Shown here: positions 1-7,764 of the stretch, piece by piece
Layout of the letters: the number at the start of each line of letters is the position of its first letter
Numbering within the stretch: the first letter of the stretch is position 1
IMG/VR virus record: IMGVR_UViG_3300020570_000646
Coordinates: 1-24,509 of that record
Reading direction: 5' to 3' (one strand)
Length of the DNA: 24,509 bases
From: a virus
Taxonomy: Duplodnaviria; Caudoviricetes
The notes under the pieces: generated by a model
What the model was told of the DNA's origin: nothing
Database searches by the model: none
Seen by the model: only the letters and a program-made list of their open reading frames with translations
Made by a program: the position numbers and the translations under genes

Positions 1-381
1 TGCCAAATGAATAGGGCTAAGGTTGACGATAATCGTAGTGTTGGTTGCTCTCAGGGACTTCATGCTGGTGCTTTAAACTATGTGGCTAATTATGGTAGTG
101 CTGATAGTGGCGATCATATTATGATTGTTAAGATCAATCCAAAGGATGTGGTCAGCGTTCCTAGTGATTGTAATCATGAGAAACTTCGTACTTGTAGATA
201 TGAAGTTGTTGGTGAATATCAAGGTGAACTACTAAAGCCTCTTTACAAGGCTGAGTTTAGTGAAGATTCTTATGATGAGGATGAAGAACAGTTGTATGAT
301 GAGTATGATGATGATTACTGGAATCAGTACGAAGATGAAGATGAAGATGAAGATTATGATCCCGATCAGGATTATATTTGA
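1..381 (+). CDS. rIIB: rIIB-like protein, 3' part (5'-truncated by window), with acidic C-terminal tail
   Basis: Frame 1 is open from base 1. Motifs VDDNRSVGCSQGLH, IVKINPKDVVSVPSD and KLRTCRYEVV match the conserved C-terminus of T4-type rIIB. Confidence 0.8.
   Translation, partial: CQMNRAKVDDNRSVGCSQGLHAGALNYVANYGSADSGDHIMIVKINPKDVVSVPSDCNHEKLRTCRYEVVGEYQGELLKPLYKAEFSEDSYDEDEEQLYDEYDDDYWNQYEDEDEDEDYDPDQDYI
262..378 (+). repeat. Low-complexity GAT/GAA-rich tract encoding a D/E/Y tail, including (GAAGAT)x4 at 331-354
   Basis: Directly visible in the sequence. Confidence 0.8.
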
Positions 382-388
382 TAAAAAT

Positions 389-434
389 GGAGTGAGCAAT
401 TTGGGCTATGGCGGTTCGATCCCGCCAACACTCT
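389..434 (+). ncRNA. tRNA-like structure lacking an anticodon arm (possible processing signal or terminator)
   Basis: T-arm GGCGG-TTCGATC-CCGCC (410-426), D-like arm AGC-AATTTGG-GCT (395-407) and closing stem GGAGTG/CACTCT (389-394/429-434), followed by a T-rich tract. Confidence 0.5.
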
Positions 435-463
435 TTTGTTGATTATGATAAAGGTAAAATACA

Positions 464-859
464 ATGGACCAAGAAGATGATAACTATAATGATGAGTATG
501 ATTATGATGATGCTCAAGACAAATATAAGCACTATTTTAAGTTTGATCCCGCTGCTTGGGATGCTTGGGGTAAAATGCTATATAATGCTCTAAATGATAT
601 AGTCGAAGGATCATCAAATGTGTGGTATGTTAATTTTCCCAAAAAGTCGTTTCCTGTGAATAGTTATTTCTCCAATACTGAGAAGTCTAAAAACTTCCAG
701 TATTTGGGGATTAACTATCAGAAACAACCCATATGGAAAAAAGAGTACTTTGTTAACGCTGGATTAGCCAGAGAGTACTTGAATCATATTCAAAGTCATG
801 CTGTTCATTTTGTATTACAACCACATTACTACAAAGGATTATTTGATATCCTAAATTAA
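464..859 (+). CDS. Hypothetical protein with acidic N-terminus
   Basis: 131-aa ORF with AAGGT upstream, co-oriented with its neighbours. Confidence 0.7.
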   Translation: MDQEDDNYNDEYDYDDAQDKYKHYFKFDPAAWDAWGKMLYNALNDIVEGSSNVWYVNFPKKSFPVNSYFSNTEKSKNFQYLGINYQKQPIWKKEYFVNAGLAREYLNHIQSHAVHFVLQPHYYKGLFDILN

Positions 860-860
860 T

Positions 861-1046
861 ATGAAATATATCTTATATTTTCAATCCTCAGATAGAGTAG
901 TCAGATTTTCTAGAACAGATGCTATTAAAGAGATAGAAACTAGGCTGAATTTTCTAGAAGATATTTGTATCAAAGTTGTAGAGGAATCAAATTTTACTAC
1001 AAAAATATACAAGCCAATTTTTTCAGTTACGCTTGAACTTAAATAA
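861..1046 (+). CDS. Small hypothetical protein
   Basis: 61-aa ORF filling the gap between co-oriented genes, starting 1 nt after the previous stop. Confidence 0.6.
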   Translation: MKYILYFQSSDRVVRFSRTDAIKEIETRLNFLEDICIKVVEESNFTTKIYKPIFSVTLELK

Positions 1047-1060
1047 ATACGGAGAAAGAC

Positions 1061-1477
1061 ATGGGTAAACAAAACTATATTATAGATGATTTAGAAGAGT
1101 TTACAAGGTCGGCCAGAAAACTTGTATTCAATGGTTTCGATAAAAGCATAGGAGATGATCCTGACGAGTTTACAAAACTTATTACAGAAATTAGTCAAGA
1201 TGATTTGGAGGAGATGGATCAAATTTTAACTCAGCAAGAATCTCTGGTTATAGTTAAGAGTCTGGCTAAAGAACAAAAACATAAAATCACAAATGAGTCA
1301 AGATATTTAATTGATGAAAAAATATTTTCACAAATTATAGAAGAAATGAATGGACGACTAGTTAGTAATATGCTATCATCATTAGCAAGTAAGGGTATGA
1401 TAGAGTCCGCTTACGATGAACAAATCAATGATTTTGTTTTCTGGATAAAAGACGATGAAACACCTGAAACCGATTGA
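1061..1477 (+). CDS. Hypothetical acidic protein, possible winged-helix-like C-terminus
   Basis: GGAG RBS at about 1051. 138 aa; the C-terminal LSSLASKGMIES..FVFW is weakly wing-like. Confidence 0.75.
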   Translation: MGKQNYIIDDLEEFTRSARKLVFNGFDKSIGDDPDEFTKLITEISQDDLEEMDQILTQQESLVIVKSLAKEQKHKITNESRYLIDEKIFSQIIEEMNGRLVSNMLSSLASKGMIESAYDEQINDFVFWIKDDETPETD

Positions 1478-1877
1478 GGTTGATGCTTCTTTTCTATATA
1501 GATGTCCATCTGAAAATTGTGGTGCTAATCATTGGTTGTTTTTACGAGAAGTCAAGACCAAAAATTTCAAGATTGTTTGCGATTGTGGAACAGTGTTTAG
1601 GCCAAAAACAATCGACAACATAAAAATCAAATATAGTGATAAATCTAAAGTAAAGCAAAAGCCTAACGCAAACAAGGATGCAATAGAACACAATAAATCT
1701 GAATTAAGAATTCCGGTTGACTTGTTAAACAAATGTGTTAAAATACTGGTTCAGTATGGCTTTGAAAACCAAGAGGCTAAAGACATACTAACTAAAACGT
1801 ATCTAATTAATCAAACCGATAATGCCGTACAACTTATTGAGTTATCATTAAAATCATTGGAGATAAAAAATGTCTAA
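1455..1877 (+). CDS. Zn-ribbon protein with RuvA domain III-like C-terminus
   Basis: N-terminal CPSENC..H..CDC, then a Lys-rich linker, then ILVQYGFENQEAKDIL...AVQLIELSLKSL resembling RuvA_C (ALxxLGF...EA...LIxxALxxL). Overlaps the ruvB start. Confidence 0.65.
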   Translation: MKHLKPIEVDASFLYRCPSENCGANHWLFLREVKTKNFKIVCDCGTVFRPKTIDNIKIKYSDKSKVKQKPNANKDAIEHNKSELRIPVDLLNKCVKILVQYGFENQEAKDILTKTYLINQTDNAVQLIELSLKSLEIKNV

Positions 1878-2769
1878 AGGTATAAGGCCAACTAAATTTA
1901 GCGAAATTCTTGGGCAAGATGATGTGATTAATAGGCTAAAGGTCAGCGTGACGGGCTGTTTAAAAACATCAACCGTGATGCCACACACTTTAATAGATGG
2001 GCCACCGGGCCTTGGTAAAACTACCATAGCGAGTGCTATCGCCAACGAATTGAACGTAAATCTGTACACAACCAACGCGGCAAATCTCAGAAGTGTTAAA
2101 AATATTATTCCGTATCTTATGGGAATTGCACCACGATCAGTCCTATTTATTGATGAAATTCACAGGCTACCAAAACTTGTTGAAGAATTTTTGTATCCTG
2201 TTATGGAAGATTTTGTATTAACAATCACTCTAGAGAAAAAACCAGAAACTATTGATCTTCCAGCTTTTACTTTGGTAGGAGCAACAACTAGTGGTGGTAG
2301 TTTAAGTCAACCATTTTATGATAGATTCAGCATCAAAGAACATCTTAGTTTTTATAACGATACTGATTTAGCTAAACTAGCAAGATCGAACTGTGATAAA
2401 CTCTCTATTTCTATTGATGAGACTGATCTTGTTGAGATCGCTAAAAGAAGTAAAGGAACTCCTAGAATTCTAAACTCTAGATTACAATGGTATAAAAATT
2501 ACAAGACCTGTCATCCAAATTCTACAGAATCTATAGATGAGATTTTTAGTATTCAAGGTATTGATAAAGACGGATTGGATGCTTATGATAGAATGTATTT
2601 GAATCTACTACTAAGCAATAAAGGTAATCCATTAGGCTTAAAAGCAATATCTTCTCTTACTGGTATTGCTGTAGAAACTATTGAAAATAGCATAGAGCCA
2701 TATTTGGTTAGAAAAAAGTTTATATCACGAACCCAAAAGGGCAGAGTGATAGGAAACTATACTAACTAA
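1870..2769 (+). CDS. ruvB: Holliday junction branch-migration AAA+ ATPase RuvB
   Basis: IRP N-terminal motif, Walker A GPPGLGKTT, Walker B LFIDEIHRL, GATT, DRF, GTPR, and a winged helix ending EPYL..RTQKGR. GGAG RBS. Confidence 0.95.
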   Translation: MSKGIRPTKFSEILGQDDVINRLKVSVTGCLKTSTVMPHTLIDGPPGLGKTTIASAIANELNVNLYTTNAANLRSVKNIIPYLMGIAPRSVLFIDEIHRLPKLVEEFLYPVMEDFVLTITLEKKPETIDLPAFTLVGATTSGGSLSQPFYDRFSIKEHLSFYNDTDLAKLARSNCDKLSISIDETDLVEIAKRSKGTPRILNSRLQWYKNYKTCHPNSTESIDEIFSIQGIDKDGLDAYDRMYLNLLLSNKGNPLGLKAISSLTGIAVETIENSIEPYLVRKKFISRTQKGRVIGNYTN

Positions 2770-2803
2770 TAATAGTATCTAAATTAGATAATCAATTTAA
2801 ATC

Positions 2804-2832
2804 AAGATAGGTGGGCTTGTCCCACCTATTTT
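2804..2832 (+). terminator. Rho-independent terminator after ruvB
   Basis: Stem ATAGGTGGG (2807-2815), loop CTTGT, stem CCCACCTAT (2821-2829), then TTT. Confidence 0.8.
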
Positions 2833-2871
2833 GCTATAATAGTGTATAATATAACCAGAAAAGGATGTTTT

Positions 2872-4143
2872 ATGTTTAACAGAAGAGGCTTTATCGACAC
2901 GGGCGTTTTAGGATATCTAGGACTAAATCTTGGAGACTACCTAAAATTAAGAGCAGAAGAACCTTCTGTGAAGGAAGCAAAAGCACAGTCAGTGATTTAT
3001 ATTTATCTACCGGGTGGATATGCTCATCAAGAAACATTTGACCCAAAACCCAATAGTCCGGTTGATTATAGGGGTCCTTTAAATAGTATATCAACTAGTA
3101 TTCCTGGAATATTTTTTAGTCAATACTTAACAGAAACTGCAAAAATAGCGAACAAAATTAGCATTATCAGATCCATGACTCATAGCGAAACAGCACATGA
3201 GCGTGGAACTAATAATATGTTTACTGGATATCGTCCTAGTCCAGCCATTCAGTATCCGAGTTTAGGATCAGTAGTCAGTCAACAATTAGGAGTCAGGAAT
3301 AATTTACCTCCATATATAACAGTACCAAATGTACCTAATGAATTTGCTGGTGCTGGATATCTTAGTCATAGTTATTCATCATTTAGTCTTGGTGGAAATC
3401 CAGAAGATCCAAACTTTAAAGTTAGAGATTTAACATTACCAGATGGAATATCTGTAAATAGATTTGATAAAAGAAAAGCGATGCTAGAAATAGTCAACAA
3501 AGAGTTCAATGTTAGGCAAAAGTCAGACTCTTTGGATTCTATGAATTCTTTTTATCAAAATGCTTATGATATTATGAATTCGTCTCAGGCTATACAAGCA
3601 TTCGATATTAACAAAGAAGACGATAAGACCAAAGAAATTTATGGTAAAACTGCTGCTGGAATGAGATTACTACTAAGCAGAAGATTGGTGGAGGCGGGGG
3701 TAAGATTCGTGAATGTAACTTATGGCGGATGGGATCATCACGATAATATAGCGCTAAATATAGGTAGTCAGTTGCCATCTTTTGACAAAGCTTTTTCTGC
3801 ATTAATAAATGACCTAGATGAAAAAGGTCTATTAGATTCAACACTGGTTTGTGTTGCCACAGAATTTGGTCGTACTCCAAAAATAAATCCAACCGCTGGA
3901 CGCGATCATTGGCCGCGTGTTTTTTCTATAGTCATGGCAGGGGGCGGAATTAAAAAAGGGCTGGTATACGGCTCCAGCAACGACACAGCAAGCGAACCAC
4001 AGGACGATCCGGTGAGTGTAGAGGACTGGGGAGCCACACTATATAATTTACTAGGCATTGATCATAATAAACATCTAATAGCTCCAGGTAATAGGCCAGT
4101 TAAAATTATTGATAACGGTAAAATTTTATCAGATCTAATATGA
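2872..4143 (+). CDS. DUF1501 family protein with twin-arginine (Tat-like) signal
   Basis: Start moved to ATG 2872 (AAGGA upstream), giving MFNRRGF. Motifs YLPGGYAHQETFDPKP, RRLVEAGVRFV, GWDHH and TEFGRTPKIN..GRDHWP. Confidence 0.9.
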   Translation: MFNRRGFIDTGVLGYLGLNLGDYLKLRAEEPSVKEAKAQSVIYIYLPGGYAHQETFDPKPNSPVDYRGPLNSISTSIPGIFFSQYLTETAKIANKISIIRSMTHSETAHERGTNNMFTGYRPSPAIQYPSLGSVVSQQLGVRNNLPPYITVPNVPNEFAGAGYLSHSYSSFSLGGNPEDPNFKVRDLTLPDGISVNRFDKRKAMLEIVNKEFNVRQKSDSLDSMNSFYQNAYDIMNSSQAIQAFDINKEDDKTKEIYGKTAAGMRLLLSRRLVEAGVRFVNVTYGGWDHHDNIALNIGSQLPSFDKAFSALINDLDEKGLLDSTLVCVATEFGRTPKINPTAGRDHWPRVFSIVMAGGGIKKGLVYGSSNDTASEPQDDPVSVEDWGATLYNLLGIDHNKHLIAPGNRPVKIIDNGKILSDLI

Positions 4144-5645
4144 TAAACTATAAAAAAATTCTAATTATTGGCGGTACACAAATGTTAGGTAGGGATTTTG
4201 TAGAATATTTATTATTACAAAATTCTAAATCTGATATATATCTTGCAAATAGAGGGATTACAAATCCAGATTTATTTAAGGATAAAATTAAACATATCTA
4301 TATAGATAGATATAATGGAGAATGCGAGAATCTACACGACTCATCATTCGATTTAGTAGTAGATTTTTCTTGCTATAATCTTGGCGATTTTAAAAAAATA
4401 CATCCCAATATAAATTGTAAAAAATATATTTTGATATCAACAACATGTGCTGATGGGACTGATAAACAATCAAAAGAAAATTTTGAAAATAATAATATAT
4501 TTGAATATTGTAAAAATAAAGAAGAGTTAGAAAATTATGCTATAAATTTTGATAATGTGTGTGTTGTAAGACCACCAATAGTATATGGATCAAATGATTA
4601 TACAGGAAGATTTTATGAAAAAGATGGGACTATATATTGGACACATGATAATTCAAAAGTTTTAGCAAATACAAATCTTATATCAGTTAGAAAATTAACT
4701 GTATTATTATATAATTATATACAAAAAGATAGCTATGAAAAAATTATATCTGTGAATAGAGAGGGTTTAAGTGTTGTAAAATATAGATATGAATGTAAGA
4801 TACATCATTACGAATCAAAACTATTAACAATACAAAAATTTAATGAACCATTTAATCATATTATTATAGATAATTTATTTAATGATAATATCTATGCATC
4901 ATTATGTAATAAATTTTCAATATTTATATCTAAAACAGTTCCATATAAAAATCAAAAAAACGCAACTAGTAATTATGATGCATATATTTATGGTTTGTCT
5001 ACAAAAGAACTAGTGGATGGCTATGATTTTTTTGCATCAGAAGAATTAAAAAATTTTGTTGAAAAAACTTTTAATATTGTAACAACAAAACACGTTGCAC
5101 CATCTGTTCATTTTCATAAAAGTCCATCTAAAAGCGGTTTTATTCATAGAGATATGAATATAGTTTCATTTATAAATAGCAATAATAAATTTGTATGTAC
5201 TGGAGGAACTAATTATACTGACGATACCGAAACTAATCCTGACACAATCAAAGTTATGCGAACAATAGCTATGATATATTATTTTAATAACGATAATAGT
5301 TCATACGATGGCGGTGGAACAGGAATATACTCTAGCTATAATGGAGGACTGATAAAAACTATAGAGCCTATTAATAATAGATTATTTATATTTGAAATTA
5401 CTCATAATTCATATCATGCATTTATAGGATGTGATTATGATAGATCATGTCTTGTTAATTGGTTTCATTCTGGCCCAGCATATTCTGTTAATAGACAATG
5501 GAAATATTTTAGAAAAAATCCAAACCTAATAGAAAGATGGCCTTTACCAGATGATAAAATAAAATACTGGTCGATAGAAAATGACCCAGAGTACAATAAG
5601 TACTTTAATTTTTCTATAAAAGATCATTTTGGCGTCTTCATATAA
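4140..5645 (+). CDS. Fusion of an atypical SDR/NAD-dependent epimerase-like domain and a 2OG-Fe(II) oxygenase
   Basis: N-terminal ILIIGGTQMLG, NRG, YCKNK and VRPPIVYG. C-terminal HRD, YYFNN..GGGT, NRLFIFE..SYHAF and RSCLVNWF. Confidence 0.75.
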   Translation: MINYKKILIIGGTQMLGRDFVEYLLLQNSKSDIYLANRGITNPDLFKDKIKHIYIDRYNGECENLHDSSFDLVVDFSCYNLGDFKKIHPNINCKKYILISTTCADGTDKQSKENFENNNIFEYCKNKEELENYAINFDNVCVVRPPIVYGSNDYTGRFYEKDGTIYWTHDNSKVLANTNLISVRKLTVLLYNYIQKDSYEKIISVNREGLSVVKYRYECKIHHYESKLLTIQKFNEPFNHIIIDNLFNDNIYASLCNKFSIFISKTVPYKNQKNATSNYDAYIYGLSTKELVDGYDFFASEELKNFVEKTFNIVTTKHVAPSVHFHKSPSKSGFIHRDMNIVSFINSNNKFVCTGGTNYTDDTETNPDTIKVMRTIAMIYYFNNDNSSYDGGGTGIYSSYNGGLIKTIEPINNRLFIFEITHNSYHAFIGCDYDRSCLVNWFHSGPAYSVNRQWKYFRKNPNLIERWPLPDDKIKYWSIENDPEYNKYFNFSIKDHFGVFI

Positions 5646-5668
5646 ATGGTGTATATTAAAAGACAATT

Positions 5669-5974
5669 ATGAATAATAGCAATATAATTATATTAATATT
5701 ACTAATTTTAAATATTATAAGTTTATTTATCGGATATATTTTAGGCAAAATATCTTCTATTAATACAATAAATATTACAGATAGATACTTATCCAATAAT
5801 CAGAATTTAAAGAAAAAAGAAGGAATGTCTATGGTCGATATTGATGAAACAAAATTTATTCCAAAAATTATTACTGATAATTTAGAAAAAAAATACGATA
5901 AACTAGCAACATCAAAACAATCTACGGAAAATATTACTGATTCTATAAATAAGCTAAAAAATCTAAAAAAATGA
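5669..5974 (+). CDS. Small membrane-anchored protein
   Basis: Hydrophobic N-terminal helix IIILILLILNIISLFIGYILG and amphipathic basic C-terminus DSINKLKNLKK. Confidence 0.75.
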   Translation: MNNSNIIILILLILNIISLFIGYILGKISSINTINITDRYLSNNQNLKKKEGMSMVDIDETKFIPKIITDNLEKKYDKLATSKQSTENITDSINKLKNLKK

Positions 5975-5987
5975 CTGGAGAAGAAAC

Positions 5988-6989
5988 ATGGCTAAAGGCT
6001 TAGACGTGGGTACAAGTTTTATTGTTTTAGCAGAGCAGAACGATGAAGGTATTAAGTATACCGATTTTAGAGATGCTTTTTACATTATAAAACCGACAAC
6101 TCCTGTTGCTACTAAGATGATAGAAAAAGGATTAAACGGTAAAGTATTTATTAAAGATAGTGACAATTCTTTTATTCTCTTAGGAAAAGATGCTATAGAA
6201 AAAGCCATAGAAAGAAACGATAGCGCAAAAAGACCTATGTATAAAGGTGTTGTGTCGTCAAAAGAGAAAGAAGCAAAAAAAGTACTAGCTTTTATTCTGA
6301 AAGAAGTAGTCGGGAAGGCTTCAGAGTCAGGCGAAAAATTAATATTTTGTAAACCGGCGCAGCCAGTTGATCAAGAAGATGATGATTTTGATGTTGGATA
6401 TCATGAAGATGTTGTAAAAACAATATTAGCAGAGCAGGGTTATGATGCTAGAGCGATTAATGAAGCAGAAGCTCTATGCTATGCTGGATTAGAAGAAAAT
6501 GATTATACTGGGATTGGAGTCAGTTGTGGGGCTGGTATGACTAATGTTTGTGTTATGTTAAATGGTGAACCAACAGTAACTTTTAGTACAACCAAATCTG
6601 GAGACTGGATTGATCGAATGGTGGCTGTTGCTATAGGCGAACCAGATAGTGTAGTCCAAGCAGAAAAAGAACATGGTTCTTACAGAATAGGTGAGGCTAG
6701 TGATAGTCCTGTGCTTCAAGCGGTCTGTTCGTATTATGAAAGATTAATAGATTATACCACTAAACATTTGAGTATAACATTAGTAAACCATAAATCTTTA
6801 CCAAAATTTAAAGAACCTCTAAAAGTTGTTATCGCTGGCGGCACATCATTAGCAAAAGGATACGTTGAAACATTTCATCAAAAATTAATAGATAATAATT
6901 TTCCTGTACCAATTAAAGAAGTTGTTCATGCCAACGATCCTCTTCATGCTGTAGCGAAAGGTTGCTTAATAGCATCTCAAGTACTATAA
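5988..6989 (+). CDS. Actin-fold ATPase, volactin-like
   Basis: Phosphate-1 GLDVGTS, connect-1 INEAEA, phosphate-2 GVSCGAGMT, adenosine IAGGTS and connect-2 PLHAVAKG. GGAG RBS. Confidence 0.85.
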   Translation: MAKGLDVGTSFIVLAEQNDEGIKYTDFRDAFYIIKPTTPVATKMIEKGLNGKVFIKDSDNSFILLGKDAIEKAIERNDSAKRPMYKGVVSSKEKEAKKVLAFILKEVVGKASESGEKLIFCKPAQPVDQEDDDFDVGYHEDVVKTILAEQGYDARAINEAEALCYAGLEENDYTGIGVSCGAGMTNVCVMLNGEPTVTFSTTKSGDWIDRMVAVAIGEPDSVVQAEKEHGSYRIGEASDSPVLQAVCSYYERLIDYTTKHLSITLVNHKSLPKFKEPLKVVIAGGTSLAKGYVETFHQKLIDNNFPVPIKEVVHANDPLHAVAKGCLIASQVL

Positions 6990-7011
6990 TACTCTCTATA
7001 AGGAGTATTAG

Positions 7012-7764
7012 ATGATAATTCCAGAAACTAATATTGTGGCTATTTCTTACGAGCCACAATGGCAAACTCAAGACTATATAGATAGTGTATTTCAGTCTCT
7101 AAAGGGTTCTTCAAAAAGAAGCTGGTTTATTGATCATGCTTATCATTGTTTACCATTAGTTATTGGTAATCAATATGGATTTGTAGTAAAATCTTTATAT
7201 GATTTTGAAGTAATTTGGGATGGAGGAAATGCTGTTGAGTCAGTCAAAGTCAATATATTAACTCCAGAAGAAGAATATAAAAAAACACATAATCTACAAT
7301 CTATAAAAGCTCATTTCGGAATGGGTACTTTTACAATACAAATGCCATATCAATTAAGAACATCTCCAGGAATTAATTTGATGACAATAAATCCACCAAA
7401 TTATATTATAGATGGTATATATCATATGACAGGCGTTGTCGAAACCGATAATTTGCGAAGAGATTTTACATATAATCTAAGAATTACAAGACCTAATCAT
7501 ACTATAAAAATAAATAAAGAAGATTATATTGGTTGTATTATACCATATCCAAGACATTTTATAGATAAATATAGCATTGTAGATGCAACAAAAGTATTCG
7601 ATAATGAAAGCATACAAAAAGAAAGAGAATGCGCTAAAGCTTTTGGTGTTGAAAGATCAACTATTGATCAACAAAAAAAACATAGAAATGGAAAAAGATA
7701 TTGGAGGGGAGTAGATATTTATGACAATAAATTTTCTGATCATCAAACAGGATTAGATAAATGA
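7012..7764 (+). CDS. DUF6065-like protein
   Basis: AYHCLPLVIGNQYGF and GVVETD..FTYNLRITRP. AAGGAG RBS. Confidence 0.7.
   Translation: MIIPETNIVAISYEPQWQTQDYIDSVFQSLKGSSKRSWFIDHAYHCLPLVIGNQYGFVVKSLYDFEVIWDGGNAVESVKVNILTPEEEYKKTHNLQSIKAHFGMGTFTIQMPYQLRTSPGINLMTINPPNYIIDGIYHMTGVVETDNLRRDFTYNLRITRPNHTIKINKEDYIGCIIPYPRHFIDKYSIVDATKVFDNESIQKERECAKAFGVERSTIDQQKKHRNGKRYWRGVDIYDNKFSDHQTGLDK

Noticed and set aside
389-434. Canonical tRNA gene
   Set aside because: Only 46 nt, with no anticodon arm and no CCA. Kept as a tRNA-like element.
260-593. ORFs 260..442 and 408..593 (Met-rich)
   Set aside because: Off-frame readings of GAT repeats that overlap better-supported genes.
2776-2790. Inverted repeat TATCTAA-A-TTAGATA
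   Set aside because: Short, AT-rich and single-copy, so plausible by chance.
881-3892. Minus-strand ORFs 881..1072, 1529..1732, 1854..2075, 2891..3094 and 3608..3892
   Set aside because: Antisense shadows of well-supported + strand genes, with no motifs.
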